Part shown: positions 31,374 through 43,500 of the stretch, piece by piece
Position numbering within the stretch: the stretch's first letter is position 1
Layout: each line of letters begins with the position of its first letter
NCBI RefSeq assembly: GCF_001194135.2
Contig: NC_068998.1
Span: 49,602,259-49,666,258, forward strand
Source: Octopus bimaculoides
Lineage: Eukaryota
Direction of reading: 5' to 3'
DNA length: 64,000 nucleotides
Translations under genes and position numbers: made by a program
The notes under the pieces: model-generated
Told to the model about the DNA's origin: nothing
Database searches by the model: none
What the model saw: only the letters and a program-made list of their open reading frames with translations

Positions 31374-34292
31374 TTACATCCAGGTTGCTATGATGAGGGG
31401 CGCAAATATGTTGTATTTGGATACGGATTTGAATGACCCCACATTTGAAATAAGTGTCACTGGCATAAGTATTTTATCTGGAAAAAGATATATGTGATAC
31501 TGGTTTAGATGGACACCTATAAAGATATGTAGCATTTTAAAGATATATTACAATTTCAAGTCATTCAATCGATTAGTCGTCTGTGAAGTAGACATGCAAA
31601 TAAATTGGGAGTACAATGTTAATTAATTTCCACATCCCCTGTGTCGAAACAATTAACACTATACTTTGAGTAAGTGAAATACTTGTATTTCTTTCTGGAA
31701 CATAATGTACAACGACAGCTTGTTGTTGGCACTCTGTCGCTTACGACGTCGAGTGTTCCAGTTGATCCGATCAACGGAAAAGCCTGCTCGTGAAATTAAC
31801 GTGCAAGTGGCTGAGCACTCCACAGACACGTGTACCCTAAACGTAGTTCTCGGGGATATTCAGCTTGACACAGTGTGACAAGGCTGACCCTTTGAATTAC
31901 AGGCACAACAGAAACAGGAAGTAAGAGTGAGAGAAAGTTGTGGTGAAAGAGTACAGCAGGGTTCGCCACCATCCCCTGCCGGAGCCTCGTGGAGCTTTAG
32001 GTGTTTTCGCTCAATAAACACTCACAACGCCCGGTCTGGGAATCGAAACCGCGATCCTATGACCGCGAGTCCGCTGCCCTAACCACTGGGCCATTGCGCC
32101 TCTACCAACGACAGTTTATACACACATGAATGCGTAAAAAAAGAATTTATTGGTAGATTCGTTAACACATCGAGCAAAATACTTAACTTCATTTCCAATG
32201 GCACCGGGTTCGACTTCCTCCTTCATCCATCCAGGTTCGATGAAATTAGTACCAACTTTTGATTGAGGTCAATGTAATTGACAAACCCACTTAGGCCATA
32301 GTTAACTAGCTTTCAGCATACACATATTTCAAATCAATAATAATTTAATTATATTTGTATTGTATGTTGTATGAAGTTTACCTCCCAATACGTTTCACGT
32401 TTCCTCCCACTTTGTGGAATCTCGAGCTACTCTCCACTATTGGAGATCACAGCTTGACAAGCGGAGTTGGTTCGTTTAAGTCAGCGTAACTTAGGGATAG
32501 GGTGAAAGAGAACGAGATAATAAATACGGCTAATAAAACCAAGTACTGATGTTGAATTGTTCGACGAAAACCCTTCAGGGTTGTGCAGGTGCATCTCCAC
32601 ACTAATAACTGGACCAAGTAAAACATAAAAAGATGTGTAGCTGGATAAAACATATTTATTTTACTAAAGCAAAGAAGCTTGAATACATCACTTCCGATAA
32701 AAACAAAGTTGATGATAAAATTTTCTCACCAAAACAATCCTGATAAATGAGTTCCGTGAAGTAATCACCGCACACGTCGTCTGTAAGTTGCATGCACACT
32801 TGAAATATTTGCATTCGTCTAGAACATAGAAGCTACACTGAGAAGAAATTTTTATAGAGTTAAATAACGTCATATACTGGTAAAGCAGTGTAGTCGAAGA
32901 AGTCTGCTTCTAAGAGGTTAATTATGGTTGATCCACAGGGATCCGCATTCGGTCTCACGTGTGTGTTCTACTGTATCTGGACCGGTATATGTTTTGTGAG
33001 TGAAATACGTTGCAAAGAAACTGCGTAGAACATCACGCTAGCGCACGCACATATACACATACACACATATGCACACGTATACTTATGTATTTGTAGAGGG
33101 TGCTCGTGTTAAATTTGAAAGTTCGCATAAAAGGAAAAGAAAGCACAATATCCCATCCAAATCTAAATGTATTTTTTTAAAAATCAAAAAGATAAAAAAA
33201 TTATCTCTGGAAGTTTACAGAAAGTAACCCTCCCCAGCTTCCACCAGGAAACGAGGATGGCTCCGGTAATTCTTCTGTACCTGGTTAGGTCATCGAGCAC
33301 CTCCTTTATTTCCCTCATGTCCCGTAGCCTTTATTGTTGTAGGTAGGGCGGTTCGCGTTTTACTCGAGCGCGCCAATTTTATCTTGTCGTATCAGCTTCA
33401 GAATGGTGTGCTTCTTAGTAAATACCTCTACACCACAGTGAGCAAACTTGATTAACATGTTCCCTACATTCTTATAATAGAAACAGTCAAAAATGAATGT
33501 TATCGATTTGAACAAACAACCACTTATTTCTGACTGCGTGCATGACATACACGGAATCACGAAATGAATGCATTCAACAGAGTAAGCATTACAAAATATT
33601 CATAGTATAAAGATAAATTTACCTGCAGTAGTTAACATCTGGGCTTTTAGTAGGATACGACTTCCAGACCTGGGTGCAAGTACTATTTGCCTTTTCAAAA
33701 CAGAAATCAGCCGCACCACATCCTGAGTATTCAATATCAAATGTATGTATATATNNNNNNNNNNNNNNNNNNNNNNNNNNNNNNNNNNNNNNNNNNNNNN
33801 NNNNNNNNNNNNNNNNNNNNNNNNNNNNNNNNNNNNNNNNNNNNNNNNNNNNNNNNNNNNNNNNNNNNNNNNNNNNNNNNNNNNNNNNNNNNNNNNNNNN
33901 NNNNNNNNNNNNNNNNNNNNNNNNNNNNNNNNNNNNNNNNNNNNNNNNNNNNNNNNNNNNNNNNNNNNNNNNNNNNNNNNNNNNNNNNNNNNNNNNNNNN
34001 NNNNNNNNNNNNNNNNNNNNNNNNNNNNNNNNNNNNNNNNNNNNNNNNNNNNNNNNNNNNNNNNNNNNNNNNNNNNNNNNNNNNNNNNNNNNNNNNNNNN
34101 NNNNNNNNNNNNNNNNNNNNNNNNNNNNNNNNNNNNNNNNNNNNNNNNNNNNNNNNNNNNNNNNNNNNNNNNNNNNNNNNNNNNNNNNNNNNNNNNNNNN
34201 NNNNNNNNNNNNNNNNNNNNNNNNNNNNNNNNNNNNNNNNNNNNNNNNNNNNNNNNNNNNNNNNNNNNNNNNNNNNNNNNNNNNNNNNNNNN

Positions 34293-34323
<31 letters not shown>

Positions 34324-34509
34324 CAAACACGCACACACTAATCAAAACAGTTCGATTTGGACTCCGTACCGCTTCCAGCTCCGCAGGCTCCTAAAGCGTG
34401 TGTGTTGTTTTCCATGTAAATATGTGAATTTTCGATGTCTAAATAAAAGGAATCAAATATATACGTACTTACCAACAATAAGAAAACATATGCACTTGAG
34501 AAATTTCAT
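31374..34509 (-). CDS. G4: 109-aa six-Cys paralog with GPI-signal-like tail (4 coding exons)
   Basis: Exons 34473-34509, 33623-33722, 32730-32818 and 31374-31477 (37+100+89+104). Protein: MKFLKCICFLIVGCGAADFCFEKANSTCTQVWKSYPTKSPDVNYCRRMQIFQVCMQLTDDVCGDYFTELIYQDCFDKILMPVTLISNVGSFKSVSKYNIFAPLIIATWM*. The last exon is the least certain. Confidence 0.8.
31719..32105 (-). mobile_element. Full-length young tRNA-derived SINE with target-site duplication, in G4 intron 3
   Basis: The head GAGGCGCAATGGCCCAGTGGTTAGGG...GGTTTCGATTCCC has Pol III A/B boxes and the element has a (CAA)n tail. It is flanked by the direct repeat CAACGACAG at 31710-31718 and 32106-32114. Confidence 0.9.
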
Positions 34510-36578
34510 AGCAGATATTTGCAGAATCAAACCAACCTTTTATCAAACTTAGCATTTCTCACACTGACATATAAAAAAAAAAAGTGAAAATTCATGTGAC
34601 ATATGTTTGCGTCACTAAATTAATATGTGCGTTTACTGTTATGTGATTCATTTATAGATGTATTAATGTCATCTCTAAATATATTTTAGTGTATTCGTTG
34701 ACATGTAACATATTTTACTTAATTAACATATTCATCAAATTTAGTACAGATTTGTATATGTATGTTCTTTCGTTCAGGCTAAATTATTGATATGTAATCC
34801 CAAATGCCCCGAATTGAGGTTGTCACTTCGATTGCGGGAACCACTCACCATCCCAGTTTGCCAACTACCAGATTAATTGTCAGATATCTGTGAGGTTGCT
34901 CCTTCTATATATACACGTTCTTGCTGTCAGTCTTCCTGTGACTTAATTTTCTTACATTTTTGATAGACTCAATGTATCGATTCTTCTTCATGGCACAACC
35001 ACATTTATGAAAACTAATGTGAATATTACCATCATCATCGCCAAAAATATATCGTGTTTTGAACCTTTGTTCCCGTTTTATAATTATATAACCACGTTTA
35101 CACTTCCTACGAAGTTCTGTATTGATTTCAAGATTTTCATAGTACATCAAATCTGATTTCTACTACTTTTGTTTTTCAAATCAATTGTCAATTGCAGCAC
35201 TATCCACATTTCACACTCTTATCGATACTCAAAGTTTTCGACCATATTCTGTAATGAAGTGTGAGTATAGTTGTTCTGCTAAGTCACAGGTTGACTCGAT
35301 TTTCTACCAAAATAAATTCGTCTACTTGCCGTCCATTCGTGTCAGAGGGCGCAGATGTTATTTTTTTACTATTTTTCGGATGCGTGTTTTGTTTACAATG
35401 ATGTTTTCTGTTTTGAACTTCATGATTGGAAAATGGAAAATGGAGACAATCGGATTCATTAATTTCCAAATTGCTTTTCATAAAAAAGCTTCTGAACATC
35501 ATTTGCATCGTTGCAAATATTCCCCAGAAAACGGAAAAAAAACTTATTGGGCGGTGCTATTCAGAAAGGTCAGTTGCACGGCACGCTAACAAAACTGAAA
35601 ATTTTAGAATTTATGATGGTGAGGAGCAATGTTAATAAAAAATCTTTTAAAAATGAAAATAAAAGCATCAAAAGTAATCAAAATATCTATTGTCTCTTGT
35701 CAATATTGGTAAACATCTATATCAGACAAACATCATTTTGGTTTCAGAATATGGTATAGTTCGTACTTCCATATGCATTTGACAAGAATCTTTGAAGTTA
35801 GCGAGGTATCGAGTTGAAACGAGCGTTCATGTTAAAACCAATTTACGAGCGCAATGATCGCAAATCATGGAGAAGTTTGAAATAGGCCATATAATTTCGA
35901 TACAATCACACTGCAACTTGTCAACATTCACATTTATCAATACAACAGTTACCAACTTAGATATATCAAGGAATATTTTTGCTAAGCTTCAGTGTCTAGT
36001 ATCGGATGAATGCCACTTCGCACTATAGCAATTGCTTTCAGCAGCACATTTCTATTAGTTTATTAGCATCACTTTTCTTCCACATGTACAATGGGTACAA
36101 CCAAATACGCTTTAGAGCAATTCGCATTCAACTAATGAACACTTTAAAGAAAGCCAAACAATTCGCGTGTTCTGTGTTAATTATTGTTATGAATTTTATA
36201 GCATTTTCTGGTCGACTAGAATGAAAAAGAGGCAATGTAAAAGTACTGGCATTGTATAATAATCGAAAGGATTTTCTTTATTGTAAATTGCATTAAAAAG
36301 GCCATTAGAAGTCAAAATGTAGCAGAAGCTTATTTGGACGAATATAAAGTTTGTTAACATGCATAGAGAAATACACAGGCAAACATACACACAGCCATAT
36401 AGATAGAAAATGGACAGATAGATAGATAGACACAGAAATAGATATGCATGTATATATAGCACAAACAATATATTATAATGCTCGAAATGAGAAGTAGATA
36501 GACAGCCGACAAGTGATGAAAAGTCGTTTCTTTGTGTTTATTTGTCCTGTCTTTCATTTCTTTTCGTTGTTTCCGTAT

Positions 36579-39513
36579 TTAACTCTTTCGTGTTAATGGA
36601 TTTTCAAAGCATAACACCATGTGCCGTAAAATAAGTACCATCAATAATTTGTGCGGTGATTTAACATAGGACAGAGCTTCATTTTTCGATGATTTGCCTT
36701 CTGAAATATACAGAAAAAATTGTATTTAATTACCTTTTGGTAGCTTCTTTACGGATCATTGAGGTCTAAGTCACAGACCGTCTTAAAAGGAATACACTCC
36801 GAAAAGTTTCTGCTTAATTTTTACAATAACATTTTTTATCAATTGCTGTTCCACCGAAATAATTCTGACCATATATACACGCCAGTATTTTAATGATACT
36901 TATGTTAGCAATATAGCAAATGAAATTCGATGAGTACACAGGAAAATATCTTTAACTGAACGCCGAAAGATACATCTCATATGTAAATGCCAATTTCATA
37001 ATCAATATATTGGATTGATAATTTTGCTTTATGTGTTCCAATAATCTGCGTTGTGAATTGAAAACCCTAAGAGGTCAACAAGTCTTGGCTGATAAAGATA
37101 ATAACAAATAGGTAGGTGGATCATATATAATATATTTGTTAGGCAACCCTTCACCCTCTTTATCTCTCTCTCTCTCTCTCTTTCTCTCAATGAATTTCTA
37201 GAGAGAGAGAGAAAATGTAGAAGCAAGAGTGGATGCAGAGGAGCGTTCATTTTCTCTGTTTACAGAAAGAAAGGAAACCTAGATGATAAGGAAATATCAA
37301 CTATCACATTATGTACCTTGTATGGAGGCACGGGAGTTAGGAAGTATAAATAATGTCTTCTAAAAGCGGAACACCTGAAATTTTGAGGGAACGGAATAGT
37401 CAAATACATGGATCCAGGTTTTTCACAGTTACTTAATTTCTCAACTCCGGAAGGATGAAACGTACAGACGACATCGGCGGAATTTGAACTCAGAATATAA
37501 AGACGGACAAAATACAGCTAAGCGTTTTTTCTGCCGTACTATCAATTCCGTCTGCTAGCCACACTCATTCGAAAGGATTAATAATAATTTCTACTAAAAG
37601 CACAAGGCCTGAAATTACAAGTGGTGCGGGTATTCCATTGCATCGACCACAGTACATGCCTGCTATTCATTTTATAGTTCCCCGTCGTACTGACGCTATA
37701 ATAATAATGGTTTCGAACTTTGGCGCAAGTCTAGCAAGTTCGGGTGGAGTGATAATTCGGTTGCAGCGACTCCAGTGTTCAGTTGGTACATATTTCAGTG
37801 ACTCTGATAGAATGAAAGGAGAAGTCGACCTCGATGAAGTTTGAACTCAAAGCGTAAATGCAGACGATTCTGCCAGAAAGCCGACTTCGTTAGGGGTGTA
37901 TTAATAACAAGTAATAATAATTGCAAAATTTATTTGATTTGCATGAAATATCGAATTTTCAAATTTATTAATATAATAAAGTGATGACAGAAAATATGTT
38001 CGAAGAGTAACTTTCGTTTGTAATTTAATTCGAAGTTGCAACGTTCATTCTTATAAGACGAAATTAATTGAAATATGTTACCAGAGCATACTGAAAAATG
38101 CAGATTATGGAAGAACCACTTGCATTTCTGGAAACTTCCTTCAAAACAACTTTCGTATACCTGCAGACGCCTGTAAAGGAATTAGAAAAATGGAGAAGCT
38201 GGGTACATTTTGGCTTTGTTATGATACAAAGTAAATATATTCGTTTCACATTTCGGCACAAGACCATCATGTTCTGGGGAGAGGAAGAGTTAATTACATC
38301 GACTCTAGTATTTAAGTAGTACTCATTGCATCAACCGCAACATGAAGGAAGGCACTGTTTACTTTGGTGGAATTTGAAAACTGAACGTGGAAGCGGATGT
38401 ATGCCGTTGAAAATTGTGCCCGGCAAACTAAAGTTACTTTTTATTTCTTTCTATTCTAGGCACAGTGGAGGCGCAATAGCCCAGTGGTTAGGGCAGTGGA
38501 CTTGCAGTCATAGGACCACGGTTTCGATTCCCAGACCCGGCGTTGTGAGTGTTTATTAACAACTAAAGCTCCACTGGTACTTAATTTATCGACCCCGAAA
38601 GGATGAAAGGCAAAGTCGACTTCGGCAGAATTTGAACTCAGAAAGTAACGGCAGACGACATGCCGTGTGTGTGTGTATATATAGTCTTTTAATTGTTTCA
38701 CTAATTTGAGTGTTGCCATGCTGCAGCACCGCATTTACTCGAATAAATCGTCCCCAGACTTATACTTTCAAAGCCTAGTACTTATCGGTCTCTTTTGCCG
38801 AAGCGCTTTCTTACAGGGACGTAAACATAACAACGTCGAGCCCTAGTGGCGACCAAACACACACACACATATAGCTATGTGTGTGTCTTTCTTTCTGTGT
38901 TTATCCCTTCACCACCGCTTGACAAACCTTTTTGGTGTGTTTGTATTCCGTAAATTAGTAGTTCGGCAAAGAGGCCTCATAGAATGAATATGATGGGTCG
39001 ATCAAAGAACAAGTAGAGGTTCGATTCCTTCGGCTACAATTTCAAGGCAGTGCCCCAGTATGGCCGCAGTCTAATGATTGAAATAATGAAAAGTTAAAAG
39101 CTGTAAGATAAATGTATTTTAATAATCTAACAAAAGTGCCAATTCAGAAGCTGTAGGATCGAATGCCACAATTACCAGCCAAATGCAGCGCCTTCGATTA
39201 CAATAATGAAAGATATATGAAATACTTTTGAAGATTTGTAGAAGGCTAAAGTAGAAGACCTGAGTCCTTCAGTGTTTCTTGGAGTATCTCTCAAGCCTGA
39301 AAGTGGATTCGATACTCACAATATAAAGAGCCCGAACAAATGCCACTAAATTTAGATTAAAATATATTAAAACGAATAAATATTTAAATAATGAAATATG
39401 TACAATCTTGATATAGAATTAATAGTAGTGTAAGGAAGAATAAACTTATACATATATAAGTGTGTGTATGTATATATATATATATATAATATATACATAT
39501 TTATATCTATGTT

Positions 39514-39557
<44 letters not shown>

Positions 39558-40099
39558 NNNNNNNNNNNNNNNNNNNNNNNNNNNNNNNNNNNNNNNNNNN
39601 NNNNNNNNNNNNNNNNNNNNNNNNNNNNNNNNNNNNNNNNNNNNNNNNNNNNNNNNNNNNNNNNNNNNNNNNNNNNNNNNNNNNNNNNNNNNNNNNNNNN
39701 NNNNNNNNNNNNNNNNNNNNNNNNNNNNNNNNNNNNNNNNNNNNNNNNNNNNNNNNNNNNNNNNNNNNNNNNNNNNNNNNNNNNNNNNNNNNNNNNNNNN
39801 NNNNNNNNNNNNNNNNNNCATACATACATACTTGCAGAGTAAGACATCTGGATTAAATACTGGGTAAGCTCTGAGGCCAACATCGCAATATGATTTTGCT
39901 TTTGCGAAGCAATTATGTTCCGCATCGGCTCCTGCAAATACATAATCTCATATCAATAAAGAGAAGCTAGCCTCCGTCTGTCTTTCCGTAACAACATCTG
40001 TGTAGAGGGAAGAAAGGTAGGAAAAAATGTGCAGTTGAGAGAGAGATACAGTAAGAAAGAGTGAGAGCGAAAGAGAGTGCTTGTGTTTGTGTGTGTGTG

Positions 40100-40146
<47 letters not shown>

Positions 40147-40513
40147 AGTTTTAAAGTTTGATCAGAAAACAAGGTTTGGAAGCTAAGTATTTTGTGTTTG
40201 ATGAGCTGTGTACCGTAATTTTGTAAATAAATATTAGAAGACATGGCTTGAAAAAACAACGGAAACTATGTGTAATAATTAAAAAAATAGTAATAATAAA
40301 TAAATAAATAAAATAACTTTTCATCTGGTGAATACATGAAATAAACAATCATTTTAAATAAACATTTCAATAACATGCACAAAGCACCATGTTGACTTTC
40401 CCGTCCAAAATTCGGTCTTTGGTGTATAATTGGGTATGTTTATGTGAAAGACGACACAGATATAGACGGTACTCACCAATAATGAGGCCTAATAGGATTA
40501 TTGAAAATTTCAT
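36579..40513 (-). CDS. G5: 115-aa six-Cys paralog with extended C-terminus (4 coding exons)
   Basis: Exons 40477-40513, 39832-39931, 38082-38170 and 36579-36700 (37+100+89+122). Protein: MKFSIILLGLIIGADAEHNCFAKAKSYCDVGLRAYPVFNPDVLLCKRLQVYESCFEGSFQKCKWFFHNLHFSVCSEGKSSKNEALSYVKSPHKLLMVLILRHMVLCFENPLTRKS*. The last exon is the least certain. Confidence 0.8.
38467..38660. mobile_element. Chimeric SINE junction: tRNA-SINE head (+) fused to an antisense fragment of the dominant SINE
   Basis: 38467-~38575 matches the head of the 31719-32105 family. From about 38573 the sequence is the reverse complement of the 20608 family. Confidence 0.7.
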
Positions 40514-43500
40514 TCTGGATATTCGCATTAAAATCAAGGTCAGTTAATGCAATATCTTCTTGCATGTAATAGGAAATTTCGTGATATGATATTATTTAAC
40601 GCGTGTTTGGCTCATGCAAATGATATTTAAACGTTTTCCTTAAGAAATAGTAAAATATTTTCTTGTGGCATTTTAATGATATATAGATGCCATATATAAA
40701 GATGTTTATATGAGTTTTCTGTCATGTATGGTCTTGGAACTATTTTTGCCTTTATGAAAGGAAATATCGATTCGGATTTTAATGTGGAAGATGCTTTTTG
40801 AAATAGTCGTAGCTAACGGATGACTAGATGATTTATTTACGAATGTATGAACGTATGTACCTTCGCAATCTATGTTTATTAATTTACACAAACAAACGCA
40901 CACGAAATATTTATGTACAACTTATGTTTCGACCCATCATTCTGGGTCTCTTCAGGTACATTGACAAAGAAGTCTCAGACGATATTTTTTGTGTCGGTTA
41001 TGTTATTGTTATATTCTCATCAAGTTCGGGAACGACAAACAGCAAATAATATTATAGAGACGCGAAAAAGTTCAAATATGAACGCAGAAATCCTGCCTTC
41101 CAGCTTAGATAAAATAAGCTAATCAGCTTTCCCTGTCATAACTGCTCATGTGATTTTCAATGCGCATTGTACTAAAATAATATTAACCGACGCGATTCAG
41201 AACTTTGTGTTTTTACAAGTGTCTATAGACTCATTAAATTAATGCAAGAAAACAACAATGGAATCGATATCGTATCAATTGTCTGACATCATTCTGTTCT
41301 TTATAAATAGAGAGATCTTGAAATTATTAAATGATTCACATGGCTGTGTATAATAATTCTGAAAACCGTTCCGTCTCTCCAATTTCCAGGAATAAATACA
41401 GAAATTTATTTCATTTATCTTCTCATATGAATAAATTCTGTAAAGAATTCTTATAAATCATCTCGGTGACTTAAAACTTCCTTAAATGACACCTACTCAA
41501 AATATTCTTGAATAACAAATTGGAACTGCCATCATTTAAATCTGAATCTCTCGTGAAGCAAGTTATGCTAAATTTTAAGCACTATAGAATGAGACATATT
41601 AGTGTAATTTCACTATACATAAATATTAATGTTTCTTTACATCCGGATGATTTAACAGCAATTTTTCTGTATTATAATATTTATAGTAAACACATAACAT
41701 ATACATAATTTTTGGAAGACGGTGCTACTAGAGATATAAAAGATTTCCTTCACGGATATGATCTGTTAATTCAGTTGTATATTGTTTTAGAGACCTACTG
41801 CAGTTCCTATTAATTTTAATTGTAATATAGCAGCGTGGATCTTTCGAAAACTACTTATTTAACTATAATATTAAGAAGAAGCGATCTTGCCTCAAAACTT
41901 CCTTTCTACTTTACCTATCTCTCTCTCTCTCACTCTCTGTCACACGCATATACACAAACACTATATATATATATAGAGAGGGAGAGGGGTAGAGAGAGAT
42001 GGAGTGAGAAAAATAAATGTTAGATCCAAGGATCAAGGTGTAGGAAGAAAGTGAGCTTCAAGCATTCTGTGGAATATATATATATATATATATANNNNNN
42101 NNNNNNNNNNNNNNNNNNNNNNNNNNNNNNNNNNNNNNNNNNNNNNNNNNNNNNNNNNNNNNNNNNNNNNNNNNNNNNNNNNNNNNNNNNNNNNNNNNNN
42201 NNNNNNNNNNNNNNNNNNNNNNNNNNNNNNNNNNNNNNNNNNNNNNNNNNNNNNNNNNNNNNNNNNNNNNNNNNNNNNNNNNNNNNNNNNNNNNNNNNNN
42301 NNNNNNNNNNNNNNNNNNNNNNNNNNNNNNNNNNNNNNNNNNNNNNNNNNNNNNNNNNNNNNNNNNNNNNNNNNNNNNNNNNNNNNNNNNNNNNNNNNNN
42401 NNNNNNNNNNNNNNNNNNNNNNNNNNNNNNNNNNNNNNNNNNNNNNNNNNNNNNNNNNNNNNNNNNNNNNNNNNNNNNNNNNNNNNNNNNNNNNNNNNNN
42501 NNNNNNNNNNNNNNNNNNNNNNNNNNNNNNNNNNNNNNNNNNNNNNNNNNNNNNNNNNNNNNNNNNNNNNNNNNNNNNNNNNNNNNNNNNNNNNNNNNNN
42601 NNNNNNNNNNNNNNNNNNNNNNNNNNNNNNNNNNNNNNNNNNNNNNNNNNNNNNNNNNNTATATATAGACATTGGAAGTATCGTACTACCACAAATATTT
42701 TCAAAGTCAATATATTTCTCCTGACCACAGGACTTTTGTAACATCACTTTTGATAAGAAATGTACTCCCAATTAGAAATAATTCATACGTGAAGCCAGTT
42801 TTTAATGAACAGGATTTTAATGAACAGTCGTTATACACAACATAACTCCATTTTTTGTTTCATTTGCCATCATGGAACTAAAATTTGTGTTTGGTAAAAA
42901 TGTAAACAAATATAAAAAGCATGAGTATTAAATCTCTTCCTGAATTCTTTCTTCGTGTGTATTTTCAGACATGTTTTGATTGCAGTCATTGAAAACTGGA
43001 TTTTTTTTTTAGAAACTTTAGTCTCAATTCAATGCAAAATTGATTCAAGGGGGAAATAAATTCAGAATATAACTTCAGAAATATAAATTGGAATATTGTC
43101 TTTAGTTCGATGACACTATTTGCACCATGAACAATAATGAGTCTGTTTGGTCTGACGAAGCTCATTCGACTTTTTTTCAAATTTAGTTTTAGATTAAATT
43201 TTCAATGTCATTTACATAAATCGCTAACATTGTAAGAGAAATTGATAATAAAAAATACAAAACTTTTATGAAGGAATGTTTCTTTTTTTAATATAATTTT
43301 AACCAATTAGGTCCTCTCTATCTCATGAAAACGAAGCGATACTTTGGAAAGGAAACATATTTTATTTCTTTTGGTTTGCTTTTCAAAAGTATGACTAACA
43401 GAAACATATCATATTATTTTCAGCAATTAATACCTGTTTTATAATCTAGAAACAAGGTGAGCAATTTTAGTATGTTAACAGATGCTATCAGTTCCAGGAC

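Noticed and set aside
32030-32105. tRNA-like sequence (also 38467-38540)
   Set aside because: It is the Pol III head of a dispersed SINE with body, tail and TSD, and has no CCA or complete cloverleaf context.
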